DNA of 64,000 nucleotides from Stegostoma tigrinum (Eukaryota), in the NCBI RefSeq assembly GCF_030684315.1, contig NC_081373.1, positions 30,419,989-30,483,988 on the forward strand. The letters run 5' to 3'. Position 1 is the stretch's first letter; each line of letters opens with the position of its first letter. The notes beneath the pieces were generated by a model. That model was not told where the DNA came from. It was given only the letters and a program-made list of their open reading frames with translations, and made no database searches. Shown piece after piece: positions 22,122 to 36,313 of this stretch. Made by a program: the position numbers and the translations under genes.

Positions 22122-25100
22122 TGAAATAACTCCAGAGACTGATATCTCACCACCAAGTCACCCTTCATGTACTTTGCATAGTACTTTGACTCTGATTCAG
22201 CTTCCTCAGAGCCAGCTCCTAGAGTGAACAGAACCGCTGACACTGCTGTCTGTATCCGTTAGCCAAGGCTGTCCGACTGGACTGTTAACCTGGTCTAATC
22301 AGGGTACGCAAATTCTGAAAGGTCCACCTGGCTGACCTTGTTACAATCACTACCTCCCTCCCAAGTCTAAGGACACAGCCCTGTTCTTTTTCCTGTAGCC
22401 TCTTCTGGGGCATTTTCACACCAGCTCTGGTTCCTCAGACTTAGACTCGTACTAGTGCAGCATGTATCGGACCACATCCCACCTTTTGCGTCTGGAGCAT
22501 CTCAGAAAAAATTCACCCTCTTCAGGCAGTAAAGGCATCAAGGCAGCAATGTTCGCTGTGTCTATCTCAGACTCGCAGATTTCCTTAACGCTTGATGAAG
22601 GGGGGAAAACCACATGTTTTGTCAGCCTTTCAGGCTGTTCAGAGGGGATAGTATGTTTAGCTCCTACCCCATTTGCAAGTTTGCAGCTTTCTTGTCCACA
22701 TGCTTTTCAGGACCACCTCACATACCAGGCCTTTGTACGTCTTGTGACTGAATCTTGCATTGACCTTTCATCTTACCCATCAAGGGCTATTTCTGTGGTT
22801 TCAGCACGAAACTTCATTCCCTGAGGTAAACTGTTTTTCTAACTTAGAGGAGTCTTGTGTCCAGCATTGACGTTCCTGATGCCATTTCACCTTCCCTCAC
22901 CCCAGGTTCAGATAGATCAGATTTAACTTGGTGTGGAGTTTTCTCCCCATTAGCAATTCTGCTGGAACTGTCCCTGTAGTTTTATGATGGATAGTCTTAA
23001 TAATCAAATAGGAGCTGGAAAAGTTTGGTATCAAGTGAAACTGTTTCGTTAAGCCTGCTTCAAAGTTTGCACTGCTCTTTCTACCAGATCATTGGACAAC
23101 GGGTAGAATGAAGCTGTCCTTACATGTTGAATGTCTTTTGACTTTAGGAAGTGCTTGAATTTTTTGTTGGTAAATGATGGCCCACTTACTGTGACCAGCA
23201 CTTCTGGGGGCACCATGTATTGCCACAAAGATGCTCACAGCTTTATCGTCATCCCCATGTTTGACGAATAGTTAACTCAACCACTTTAAGTAGGCGTCCA
23301 CAATGACTAAGATCATCGAGTCCACGAAAGGATCAGCATAAATCGACATGTAACTGAGTCCAGGGTTAACCCGTCCATTCCCATAAATGTGGGAGATCTG
23401 CTGGTGGTAACTTTTGTCCTTGTTGGCAGTCTGGGCACTGCCCCACCAATGCACCTGTGTCTGCACCCAATCCTAGCCACCAGACATAACTTCTCAGCAA
23501 CATCTTCATTTTAGACACACCTGGATGACTCTGGTTAAGTTTAGCCAGCATCTGATAACAACCTTTGCTCGGGACAATCTCTCTTGCTCCCCGTAATAAA
23601 ATTCCATCCTCTATTGTGATCTGGTCTCACCAGGTCCAGAAAGGTTTCATTTATGGTTAAGGTGGCCCGTTTGTTTTCCTCATCATCACCAGCTGTTTTA
23701 ATTTTGCCAAGACAGGATATTTTTTGTATCCACAGTCCAATATTGTCAGCAGTGACTGGGAGAGTGTCCATGAGGTTTCAAACTGGAAAGGACTCTCAGT
23801 GGTGGCACCACCAGTGGTTTATCTGCCAGTGGGAGCTGGCTCAAGGCATCCACATTTGCTACTTGGCCTCCCAGACGATATTCCAACTTGTGTCTATTCG
23901 CACTTAGAATAAGAGCCCACCAGTGAATTCGATCTGAAGCTATGTGTGGCACAGTCTTGTCCTCTTTGAGTAGCCCTAGCAGTGATTTGTGGCCAGTTAC
24001 TGTTACAAATTTACACCTGTAAAGGCATTGATGGAACTTTCTCACACCAAAGATAAATGCCAAACCTTCTCTGTCTGGGTGTATTTGTACTCTGCATTAG
24101 CCAAGGTTCAGGAAGCATATACTATTGGGTATTCCTCTCCATTGAGCCATCTGGAAGCCAACACTACCAAATACCATATGGGGAAGCATCACATGTCAGC
24201 ACCAGATCTCGCTTGGGATTATAGTCTGCCAGCATCTTAGACGATGATAACTGCTTCTTCACTTCCCTAAAGAAAACATCTTGGCTACAAGACCATTTCC
24301 AAGCTTGACCCTTTTTCAACAGGAGAAGTAAAGGTGCCAGTATGAAGGCCAGATTACATATGAATTTTTCATAATAATTCACCATTCCAAGGAAAGACCA
24401 ATGCTCAAGCGCAGGCACAGAAGCTGGGGCACCTTTGATTGCTTTCAGTTTAACTTCCAACAGGTGGGACTCAATCTTGTCGGTTCTGTAGCCAAAGTAG
24501 GTTACTTGGGGTGCCGGGAACAATTTTTCCCTTCTCAGGCATTCATCCACCTTGGAGAAACTTCTAAAAACTGTGTTCAAGTTTTCTTAGTGCTGTTTAT
24601 TTGTGTTCCACATGATTAGCACATCATCCAGATAACTGGGTAGATGTTGTAAAATGTTCTCCATTGTCTGTTGAAAAATGGCTCAGGCTGATGATACCCC
24701 AAATGGCAGTTTCAAATTGGGATAAACCCTTACGTGTATTAATTGTAGCATACATATGGAAATCCTCATCTAATCACAATTGCAGGTATGCATGGCACGT
24801 GTCCAGCTTTGTGAAAGACAGCCACCCTGCCAGCTTTGCATACAAGTCCTTTTTGCTAGAATTGGGTATTTATCCAACTGCGAGAAATAATTTACTATTT
24901 GTTTAAAATCCCCACAAAAACGAATTGACCTGTTGGGCTTCACAGTCAATACGACTGGTGCTGCCCATTTCTGCAAACTGTATTGGTTTGATGATTCCTT
25001 CACTTTCCAGCCTCCTGATTTCCACCGCTACTTTTATCTATAAGGCAAACAGTACTGGGCAGGCCTTGCACAATCATGGAATTGCTTCCTGGTCAACATG

Positions 25101-26205
25101 GAGGGTGGCCTTGGCTCCTTTGATAGTTGCTAGACCTTCCTGAAAACTTGCAGGTATTTAATTAGGATTTCACTCAGTCAGCCATTTTCTCATCAAAAAA
25201 TGTTGAGCTAAATCATGATGAACGTTTTCAACTAATTTCACCCCATCAGGCTTGGGCCTGATCCTTTTACTACAGTAGTGGTAACTGAATCAGCTGCTTC
25301 TCATACGAGACTGAAACTAAGGTTGTAGATCCACAAAAAGTTCCTGGTATGGGTTCTCAGTCTTGCTGAGGTCTCACACAGACTTAAGGGTTGGAGTCCA
25401 GAGCAAATTGTGCAAAAGAATAGTTCTGCAATCACTGATACAGCCATGCCTGCAACAATCTCCAATAGAACCAAGTGGCCATTTAACCACACATTTATTT
25501 TGATTGGTTCTGATATGGAAGTTGCTAAGAAATTGAACAATATACGTTGGCTGTCCAGAGCATGCAGTCTCCTATTTACTGGCCAATAAGTTCTCTTACC
25601 CAATTTAAGTCTAAATCGTAGAATCCCTGGTGTGAAAGCAGGCCATTCATCCCATCGAGTCCACAGTAGCCCTCTGAAGAGCATCCCACACAGACCCACC
25701 CATCCCTGTAACGCTTGCATTTCACATGGCCCATCCACCTAACCGCACATCTTTGGACCTCCTAGTGGGACTGTTTTGCACTCTAAGTCAGAAGCAGCAA
25801 CTGCAATGGCCTGCTGGCCCAGATCCTGAAGAAAGTTTTAGCAGTTTGATTGAGTTTTGGCTTTGTTTTGGGGCTTTGAATGAATCAAGCTTCCCAAATA
25901 ATTTCATGATGCCAGAAATACTTACCTCAAAGCTGACTGTTGAGCAAATTTCTTCAAGGGTGTGTTTCTTTCTCTTGTCATCACTGAAATAACTCCACAG
26001 AGACCAATATCCTGTCGTCAAGCCTCCCTTTATTTACATGTACATAGTACTTGACACTGTCCAGCTTCTTCAGAGCCAGCTCTCAGAATGAACAGAACTC
26101 TGATTCTTCTGTTTAAATCTGTCCCTGATTGGGCCAGGTTAACAGCCTCACTTGGGGATCTCATATTGTATTGGTCCACCTGAGTGACCTGTTACAATTA
26201 CTATA
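22122..26205 (-). mobile_element. Degenerate Gypsy/Ty3 LTR retrotransposon
   Basis: LTRs at 22122-22354 and 25985-26205; 5-bp TSD ATAAT at 22117-22121 and 26206-26210; PPT next to the 3' LTR (~22354-22362). Domain order PR, RT (WAAPVV..IRFCGDFK), RNase H (LTCDASPYG), IN (HPGVSKMK..YVWW, LVIVDAY). Confidence 0.9.
25620..25760 (-). mobile_element. SINE fragment nested in the Gypsy gag region
   Basis: ggccattcatcccatcgagtcc...ccatccacctaaccgcacatctttggac matches the reverse complement of the SINE 3' half. Confidence 0.7.
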
Positions 26206-26304
26206 ATAATCATGCAAGATGACTAGAACATGGAATTGTCTGTCAAAGGCTCTAATTGAAGCGGAATCCATAAATTATTCTGATAGATTATTTGTTAGTC
26301 AAAA

Positions 26305-26720
26305 AGAAAAGAAATTTTACATTGTACTTTGTATAGCTTCTGGATGTTTCAAAGCACTTTACAGCCAATGAAGTAACTTTCAAAGTGTAATAACTGTAAT
26401 AATGTAGGAAATATGGCAGCATGAATACACATTGCAAATTCCCACAACAGGAATTCCAAAATGACCAAATAGTCTGCTTTGTGATTGATGGATAGTGATT
26501 GGGCTGGACACCAGGATCCCCAACTCCTCTTCAAAATAATGCCGAGGGCTCTTTTATATCCATCTAGCGAGGTAGTTTGAGCTGCAGTTTAATGTTTCAT
26601 CAGAAAGATAATGCCTCAAACACGCAGTCCTTCTGCGATACTGTATCGGATTGTCAACCCCAATTTTTATCCTAGAGCACTGACGTGAGATGTGAATCTC
26701 AGAGGTGGGCTGCAACCTTT
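26305..26720 (-). mobile_element. Old SINE (DeuSINE/SacSINE1-like)
   Basis: aaagcactttacagccaatgaagtaactttcaaagtg...aatgtaggaaa block. A related plus-strand remnant lies at ~40130-40340. Confidence 0.5.
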
Positions 26721-29700
26721 TGAGTCAGAGATGACATTTGTAAAAATTATTTAATGAGATCAATATTACAGGAGATAAAAGAGTAATGAAGTTCAGACAA
26801 GGTAACTTGGATGGCAAAAAAAAAACCGAATGGGATGAATGTTTCTGAGCTGTAATGTCAGTGTTTATAGAATAAATAAAATCTCAACCTTGGCTGACCC
26901 ATGGCCTGTTTAAATGTTATGAGTGTGAAATATACTGATTGATTTGTAGTGACAGTTCACAGTGCAAATATGGACTTCTGACCCTATCCCCTGTGCACTA
27001 CTGATTCTACCTTTTGAAGTGTTTTTTTAAAACCGACAAAACAGCAAGACATTTCAGGTGATAAATGTTAGCTGTACATTTGTTTCTCTATCTACAGATG
27101 CTGCCAGACTTGCTGATTTTCTCCAGCACATTCTATTTCTGTTTGTATGAGTTTTTGCTCTGTTTTGACCAGCATTGTCTAACATCTTAGGTAATGCTGC
27201 ATGCGTCCTTCGTGCTTCCGGGGCATCTGACACGGACCATCATCACCATATCTTGGAACATCTCCAACTCACTCATAGTACAGTTTACTGCTTCAATACT
27301 GCATTTCGGAGCGCTCTGATATCATGCATTACAATGCTGCTTTGTGTTGTTGGCCAGGAGTTGCTCACACATAAAGACAGTAGCTGTGAACTGAAGTCCC
27401 CTGAGCCCTCACTGCCAGCTCAAGTCAGATTGAGCTGGCTCAGCTCTGAGGGATGACGTAAGAGGAAAATCCTTATTTGATGGATGCGTAATGAGGTAAT
27501 CCCAAAGTTGTCCTTGGAATGAGCCTATAGTGGAAAGACACCACTCTGAGATGAGCTGAGGAGCCAACAAGAACAAGACACCACAGTTTGGGAAGATAAG
27601 GAAAAAGGATAAAATTGAAGGATTTCAGTATATCATCAGCAAAAACTTCAGAGAGCAACCTTTGTGAAGTGCAACACTTGGAAGTATGGGGAAGACCTGG
27701 AAGAGAAGCCCAGCCAGCGTAAGCTTCTATTTTTGGGTATTAGCTTGTGTTGACTGTTTTGGGAATGTCAAATCTATTGGATTCTACATTTGGATTTTAT
27801 CCGTGTATAAATTGCACGCTTGCTGTTAACCTATTTCTAACCAAATGGTGTAAATTGTATGTCTGTTTTAACTAAACTAATAAAGGTAGTGGTCAGTTTT
27901 TATAGACTTGACTCTTGTCCTCTTTGTGCCAAGCCAATAACAGTTGTCGAGGAAGGCAACCGCGCAACATTATGCAACGACAGACACGTATCTCAGTACA
28001 TCTCAGGACACTTTGCTTGCATTTTTAGTTCTCACTGACTTTAAGCTGACCTGGATGCCTGCAGCATATGTTTTGCCTCGTATTTTTGTAGAATCCTACC
28101 TTGTTAAGACCTAGCAGGCTCATCATACTAATGCCTTAGCTTGCCTTTTAGCACAGACAGAAAGCCGGGTAGCTTGTCACATTTGCCAGCAATAATCAGA
28201 GAAGGGGACAAACATGTTGTTGCATGGCACATTGCTACATCAATTTCATGCTGAAACGTGCCATCAGCTTCAGCGGCAAACAAAATAAATATGCTTCAAC
28301 CAAATGGCCATGTTGCAAAGTCTCAGAGGAGTAGCCCTCAGTCAGGTTCAAGGAGTCTGTCTTCAGTCAGGGGTTGTCACTACAATAAATGAAAGACACA
28401 GTCTGATACCAGTTCAAGAGATTGGACACAGTCAGCTGCTTCAAGGTTGGGGTTGCATGTAATTGTAGTCTAGAAAGTGGGCCAGCAACTGGCCTGCAGG
28501 TCCAGTGCTTTTAGTCTGGTGGTAAGCAATGTCATTCAGGGAGCTGAATAGGAATCTGTCGGATCTGGTCACTCATCAGTTGAGGTTATCTTTGCAAGTT
28601 GGCCAGGGAAGTGGACCACAATAAATCCTATTCACTGAGAGTCAAGGGAGTTATCAGGGGCTACTGCTGTTGGCAAAGTCAGTTGGGACGATTGAAGGTA
28701 GTATATAGAGAGGACAACAATTAGGAATTGGGGATCCCAACATACAAGGATAGAAGACAATACAACATTGGAGAGCAAGGGCACTGCAGGAGGAGGGTCA
28801 CTGACTATCCCCACCACCCTGGCTTTAATGGGGGTAACAGTAAATACTGATGGCTTTCATAACAAACCTGTATGCCTGAGGTTCAAAGTAAAGTGGGATG
28901 TGAAAACTTAACTAAAAGATATTGATCGGAACATGTGGAAGCTCAAGCCTGAGGAGGTCAGTTGGAAATGTAAGGGAGGAAGGGACATGAAAGTTTGGGC
29001 ATCACCTAGATTGAAAGGTGAACCTGCAACTCAGTCAGTAGAAATGCTACCTGTGTTATCCTCTACCCTCAATCTCAATCATAAATATATAGTAGATATG
29101 AAAAAGGGGTCTACCGCATCCACAATGTATGAAATATTTTATTTTGTCTGAGGGAATGAGCTCTACTTGTTAGCAACCATGTGGTCATTCAAGGGACAAT
29201 GGCATTAATCAGGCAATTTTACAGTACGGATTAAAGACAGTTTTATTCTCAGTGTTCTGCATTTGAGCCACATACAATGACCAACTATGTGAAAAATAAA
29301 TCTTGTCCGCAAGTAATCTTGACCATATCATTTCAAATTATTCACAGTCATCTGTTTTGTAGCAGAAATAACCAGAGTCACTTGAGGGACATAGTTCACA
29401 AAGACACCCCAAGGTTTAATTGGCAACAGAAGGGCATAGAGCTATACTCTTCCCACATTGAATTGTATTTATTTGATCATTGCTATGAAATGCAATATTG
29501 CCCCTTTTGGATGATATGGGGGAGGGGGGCCACGTGGGAGAAGTGGTTGTGAGGAGACAAGGATCAAGAAATCCTACATCACTTTGAATCTCCAACTGCA
29601 TTTGTGTGACATGTCTTGTGCTGCATACATCAGAATAAGGTATATTATGGCAAAAGTCCATGTACAGGCATTCAATTGTCCACCTTGTTGGACTCCTCCA

Positions 29701-30129
29701 TGTTCCACTTTATCAAGCTCAATGGCAAGCTGTAACTTGTCTGTAATCCGACTGCTGACTGTTCACATTATGAAGGAGCTACTTTGTTTCTGATATTCCC
29801 CACATGGGCTCATTGGAACTGTGAGCAATAGATCCAGCCTTAGTAGATGCTACAGTTGCTGTGGCCACTGCACAACAAGGAGAAATTAAGAAAGAACTAA
29901 TGTGTCTGCCTCTTTAGGACTAGCAGCAAACTCCAGCAGCTACCAAACAGGCTCCAGATGAAGAAGCTCCAGCAGAAAGTCCCCTCAGGGTGCGGAAATG
30001 AAACAGGATGCCCAATGTCTATTGCCCTCCACGTACTTTCCTCTAGGCAAGTAAAACACAGGGCTCACTGCCAAATGAGGATATTCAGGGACACCATCAC
30101 TAAACTGTGTTATCTGCTGGAGTGGAACC

Positions 30130-30900
30130 TGTAATCTGAAAGGGTAGGTGGCCATTAAGGTGACAGCTGAGTTCATTTTTTTGTGCATCTGACTGTTTCC
30201 AAGGATCCCTCAGAACTGAACCCATGGTTACATCAAGACCAATCCGATACATTTTGAGCAAAATCACACTGGTTCAGCTCATTTCTCCATGACAAGTTCA
30301 GGCTTAGGCTTTGCGAATATATCTGGTTCCCCCCAGGTGCCATGTGTTGCAGATTGTACACACATTACAGAGTGCTACATCATAATAAAACTGACATTAT
30401 TCAATGAAAAAGGATCTCTTGAGTAAACGTACAAGCCATTTCTGATTACTTCACCTCATCTTAGAGGTTTGTACCTGGTTTCTCACCCAGAAGTTGCCTA
30501 CATCCCTAGAGAACACACAGGTTCCTAGTGGAATTCAAGGGCTGGATGCCTTACAAGGATTGCTGCTTGGAGACAAAGGCAAACGTCTGCAACTTTGGCT
30601 CATGACTCCTTTACACAATCCCTGTCTGAGTTTAGCCATTGATAAAATGCAGTGCATTCTTTAACTAGCACCATCATGGAACACACTATAGGCATCCTAA
30701 AGGTGCAGGATCAGTCAGGTGGGGATGGGACTGAATACCTTGGGATATTCTCAAGATAGAGTCTGCTGCATAATCCATTCATGCTGTGCTCTGCACAACT
30801 GGACAGCCAGTGATGCGATGTGATGAACTCTGAGGAGTCCAGAGAGTGGCAGCAGTCTTCAGACGAGGAAGATGAACACATTGAGCATTAAGAACATACA
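30130..30900 (+). mobile_element. Decayed PIF/Harbinger DDE transposase
   Basis: Manually read motifs in the expected order: DCTHI (30352-30366), LLGDKG...WLMTP (30551-30610), IMEHTIGILK (~30673-30702), CCALHN (30782-30799). Broken by frameshifts and stops. Confidence 0.75.
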
Positions 30901-31946
30901 AGCATAAACTTCAATATGAGGGAGTTATGCATTATTGGGTGCATCAAGCCAGACAGGACTTAATTGACCTGCAGTTACAGTAGACCTGAGTTGGGTGAAG
31001 TCATCATTTTTTGATTATAAACTGATTATTACTCAACAGGCAACAGCCATGTTTATTCCAAGAGATAAATGCAGCTTTTTCTTTTGTTTGTTGTTTCTCG
31101 ATTTTCTTGTTGTCAGTAGTGTTTGAAGGCTTTACAATGTGTGATGTTTCCAAAATTGAACAATGATTATGATGCACGTTGGGGAGAGAGCAGTGGAGCA
31201 AAGGATAGGTAGCTCTGTGATTTCATTCTGATAGTTGGAGCCGATCAGAGGGTGATGATTTCGTTAGCCAATATGTTTGCAGATGTGAAACTCTATTTTC
31301 AATGAATTGTTATCTGTGTGCCATCATAGCTTTTCTTTTTCAATTCCCTCCCTCAATATCTGCTGTGAATCACTATTCCTGGCTGGCAGTATTTGTCCTG
31401 CTGCACAGCTGGGGTTCAAATATAATGCTAGCCGCAGGAAACCCAGAAATTTATGACAGCAACAAGCATTTCCAATACTATTCAGCATAAGATAGCACAA
31501 AAGTAAGGCCTGTAAGAGACCTGGTGCATTCTTAATGAGGCAAACAGCAGAGAATTGCACAAGAATACACAGTAGAGCTTAGAGAGAAACAGACCACCAC
31601 CCCCCCACCATGAAATTCCCCAAAATTTACCCTGAAGTGCCCAGAACCATATACAATATTCTAACTGTAGAATGTATTTCAACATTGCATAGGCCTGACA
31701 CGTAGCTTTTTCCAATATTCTGCTTAATTTCTAACTTCTGAGCTCCTCCACAACAATAATTTTTAAAGTTGTGAAATCAGGTTTTGCTGTGTTTTACACA
31801 CTATTAAATCCATCATGCTTTGTTCAAATATGGCCTCACTGAACAGCTGTGCAACATTTGAATAACTTGTCATTATAGCATTTCAAGTTCCATACCAACA
31901 TTTCAAAATTAACTTTCCATAACCAGCAAATACTTACTAATTCCTT

Positions 31947-32153
31947 AGAGATAGTAGGATCTGCCGATGCTGGAGAATCTGAGATAACAAGGCAGAGAGC
32001 TGAATGAACACAGCAGGCCAGGCAGCATCAGAGGAGCAGGAAAGCTGACATTTTGAGTCTCCAGAGAAGGGTCCAGACCCAAAACGTCAGCTTTCCTGCT
32101 CCTCTGATGCTGCCTGGCCTGCTGTGTTCATCCAGCTCTACACCTTGTTATCT
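31947..32153. mobile_element. Mini-hairpin from PLE 3' ends (related, older subfamily)
   Basis: Inverted arms; 14-bp TSD CTTACTAATTCCTT at 31933-31946 and 32154-32167. Confidence 0.85.
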
Positions 32154-32202
32154 CTTACTAATTCCTTTTCTGCTTTTACCAATGGACACTGACATTTTAT
32201 GA

Positions 32203-32434
32203 GAAATAATTCCACAGAGACAAGTATCCCATCACCACATCATCCTTTATTTACACATGGAGAGTACTTAACACTGATCCAACTCCCTCAGTGCCAACTC
32301 TCAGAGTGATCAGGATGTCTGACACTCCTGTTTATAACTGACAGCCATGGCTCCCTGATTGGACCAGATTAATAGCCCCAATCAGGAAAGTCATATTCAA
32401 TGAGCTACAGGCTGACCTCAGTACAATCACAGTG
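32203..32434 (-). mobile_element. Solo LTR related to the Gypsy LTRs
   Basis: Shares aaataa-tccacagaga, cctttatttaca, gcca-ctctcagagtga and gctgacct...tacaatcac with 22122-22354 and 25985-26205. Confidence 0.78.
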
Positions 32435-32526
32435 ATAGCTAAGAAATAACTGTGAAATAAAACTTCCTTCCAATGCATATGATGTATTTATAATTGTGTT
32501 ATCAAATTAAAATGTTAGTAAAGTGC

Positions 32527-34130
32527 ATTGACTGATTGATTGATTGATTTATTGTCATGTATATCAAGGTACAGTGAAAAGCTTTGTTTATGAGCAGTAA
32601 AGGCAGATCAGTAAGCAAGGATGTACAGATCAAAGAAACTTAGAGGCATGCAGGTTAAATTGCACGTGGTGTGCACGAGGCAAAATCAGTGTTAGCAAAA
32701 TCAGAATTATTTGAGGCTAGAGAGTCCATTCGTAAGTCTCATAATGTCTAGGAAGAAGCTGTTCCTGAACCTGCTAGTGCATATTTCCAGGCTTCTGTAC
32801 CTTCTGCCTGACGGAAGAGATTGTAGGAGATCATTACTGGGATATTATTAGTCTTTGATGATCTTGGCATCCTTTCAGTGGCAGTGGGCTGCGCAAATAG
32901 AGTCCATGGATGGAAGGTTGGATTCCACGATGGTTTGCACTATAGTTTTTTATAGTTCAGCACACTAGTTGCCATACCAGGCCATTATGTACCTGGAAAA
33001 TATGCTTTCAATTGCACATTTGTAGAAGTTGGTAGTGTCCATATGGACGTGCCAAATTTCCTGAGCTGCCTGAGGAAGAAGATGTGTTGTTGTGCCTTCT
33101 TGATTGCGGCATCTACATGGGAAGTCCAGGACAGCTGTTAGTTATTGTCAGTCTGAGAAATGTGATATTCTCCAACCTCTCAACCTCAGTTCTATTGACA
33201 TAAATGGGGACGTGTTCTCCTCCTTTCTTTCTGAAGTCAATGATCAGTTCTTTAGCTTTGTCGACGTTGAGAGAGAGAAGTTGTTCTCATTGCAACACAT
33301 CACCAAGCCCTCTATCTCCCTTCTGTGTTTTGACTTATCGTTATATATCCATCCTACTGCAGTGGTGTTGTAACCAAACTTGTAGGTGGCATTCATTCAG
33401 AATTTGGCAACACAGTCATGGGTGTACAAGAAGTAGGGGGCCAAGGACACATCCTTGGGGGTCTCCAAGTGTTGAGTGCTATTGTGGAGGAGGTGCAGTT
33501 ACCTATCCTCACTGATTGCTGCCTGTGGGTCAGAAAGCTGAAGATCCAGTTGCAGAGGCTAGAACCAAGACCAAGGTGATTATGGTGTTGAAAGCAGAGC
33601 TGAAGTCAATGAGCAAGTGTCTGACATAGCTGTATTTATTGTCCAGATGTTGCAGGGATGAGTGCAGGGCTAGGGCTATGGCATCCACTGTGGACCTGTT
33701 ACATCAGTAGGCAAATTGTAGGGGGTCGATGCAGACTGCCAAAGTGGAGTTAATGAGGGCTATGACCAGCTTTTCAAAGCACTTCATGAGTAATGAGGTC
33801 AGAACCACTGGGCAGTAGTCATTAAGACACATTACATTTGCTTTCTTAGGCACAGGGGTGATGGTGGTCTTCCTGAAGTAGATGGAGACTTAAGCTTGTA
33901 GAAGGGAGAGACTGAAGACGTTGGTGAATACCTCTGGCAGTTGGTACACACAGGATCTGAGTGCTTGGCCGGAGACACCATCTGGGCCCATCACTTTCCT
34001 TTGGTTGACACCCCAGGAAGACCAGTCTGACATCTGTAGCCATGACCAAGGGAACAGGTGTGTCCAGGACTTTAAACAGCGACTCACTGATAGGTCCACA
34101 AAACAAATCTGTTCTTAAGTCTTTTGGCAA
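32527..34130 (-). mobile_element. Rex1/Babar-type LINE, degraded, with (ATCA)n tail
   Basis: Minus-strand motifs GPDGVSGQALRSC, NDYCPVVLTSLLMKCFEKL and [11 protein letters not shown]; TGAT repeats at ~32527-32550. Confidence 0.75.
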
Positions 34131-36313
34131 CCAAACATTACTGTTAATTGGAATTTCCTGATATCAGTTGGAATTAGAAAAATATTGAAATATCAACCAG
34201 CTTGCTAAATAAGTCATATTGAAGGTAAACCACTTTATCAGTCAAAAAAAAATGTACTATGTTGAGCTGCGTTCATTTGAAGATGGTGAATGTGAAGTAA
34301 ACAACACTATAATGACTGGAGTTTGCAAGTAGACAAAAAAACTGTTGTCAAGTGCTAACCCACAGCTGTGATAGTTGAAAGGTCAATTTGTTAAAACAGT
34401 TAAGAAAAAAAACAAGCAGAACATTATCTTTAATCAAACTGAGGAAGTGAAAAGTGGAATCCATTCTTCTCAACAACCGAAGGTTTAGTTTGATTTAGTT
34501 TAATTAAAAATAATAAAATTGAAGACCTGTTAGATTGAACATTAAACAACATTTATTAAATTGTAGGTAAAGGCCAAGTTCACAGCAATGTCCATTTCTT
34601 ACAATTTACCATTATATTCTACTTAATTTCACTTTCAACCACTTATGTTACAAAGCTACTGCAGCAAAATCGCTATTGGTTTCTGAAAGTCCTGATGTGT
34701 GTACTTGCACCATATGTACAAATATATATTTATGTGCATGTTCTCACATCTATTATATGTTGTTTATTATGTTAGAATGATGTACTTTAATGTAAGAAAG
34801 AAAAGTAGAAGCATTCAGTCACATTGGATATGACTCAATAATAAAACTACAAGCAGTAAATTATGTTATACAGTAACTCACATTAAAGCATATTTTACAA
34901 TTGCATGAGTTTTTGATTTTATAAGAACTCGTAAATTTAATGTAATTTTGATATTTCTTATTTTTCATTAACTATATTTTAGCTCCCTCATAAATGCTAA
35001 TTTACTCTCAACTGCAAATATTTACAAGCTCCTGAAGACTCCATTTACTAATTTCCAGAAGTAATTAAATACAGCAAATTGTTGCTATTTTACCAGAAAA
35101 AATGGCTATTACAAGCATGCAATAAATAAGAAAGTTATATAAATCTGATGACATGGGCAAGAAACCTTGGAAAACCCTTCTGCATCCCAAAATTCATGAT
35201 AACTATTCCAACTTGTTCACTCAAAAAGATTCCTCATCAATAATAAAAACATGTAAACTTATATTATCGTTTCCAGTCATACTTAAAACCTTACTGACAG
35301 TAGATTTCAACAACAGCAGATCCAGTAACATTATTGCTCATTACAAGCAGTTACATTTGTTACATTTGTGCATTTGTTCTCTCATCTGGCAAGGAAATAT
35401 TATACCATTATATGAAACGTATCTTTCATAAATAAATGTCATTTTTTTGTATTGTAAACTTTCCTCTTATTGATGTTGCTGTCATCATAAATCTAATTGA
35501 CATTTTTAGTGTTATTTGTGTTTCAATTTTTTAGATCCATTTATTTCAATACTTGATACAAAGACAAGAAATCATAAATGTAGGAAATAGAGTTATCATT
35601 CCAAGCATTTCTGTTACTTAGTAGGTGACCCTAGTAACAATCAATGTCAATATATGGCTCTGTACATTTGGTGGAGATAGTCAGTCTCCTATTTAATTTC
35701 TCATCAAACTGGACTTTCTTAATATACAACAACTTAGTTTCCCATTGCAGAACCTAAGTCTATTAAGCATTCCAGAATGGATTGTTTATTGCAACTAAAC
35801 TTAGAAAAAGGAAATTATTTTTTAAAAAAACCACAAGGAGCATGTGGAAACATAGTGTATGCTCTGTGATGATGAGACCCTGATGTTTATATTAGCCATT
35901 AGATATCTTCCACTCTTTCTTATTAGCCAAATGATGATGACTGCACATGATATTAATATAATTTCATTTCTGCCATTAATTCATCAATTGATTATTTTTA
36001 TCAGAGTCCAGAATAAATAGTTTCAAGTATGCTGAATGTCAAACTTCTGGAATAATTTCTATGTCAGTACATTGTGCAAGAACTAAAACTAACCAAAGCC
36101 TCCCCATCTACGTTGTCTTCTTCACCAAGCCATCCTTCTCTCTCACTTTTGTTTGATTTCTCATAATTTCACAATAAAAATCATATATTTTAACTAATGA
36201 GATATGTATTTTTCCACATATATAAAACATTCATAAGTTAGTGTCAATAATTGCATGCTCAAAAGGACAGAACTTAAACATTAATAGAAGGAGACAAGAA
36301 GTTGAAGCTTTTT

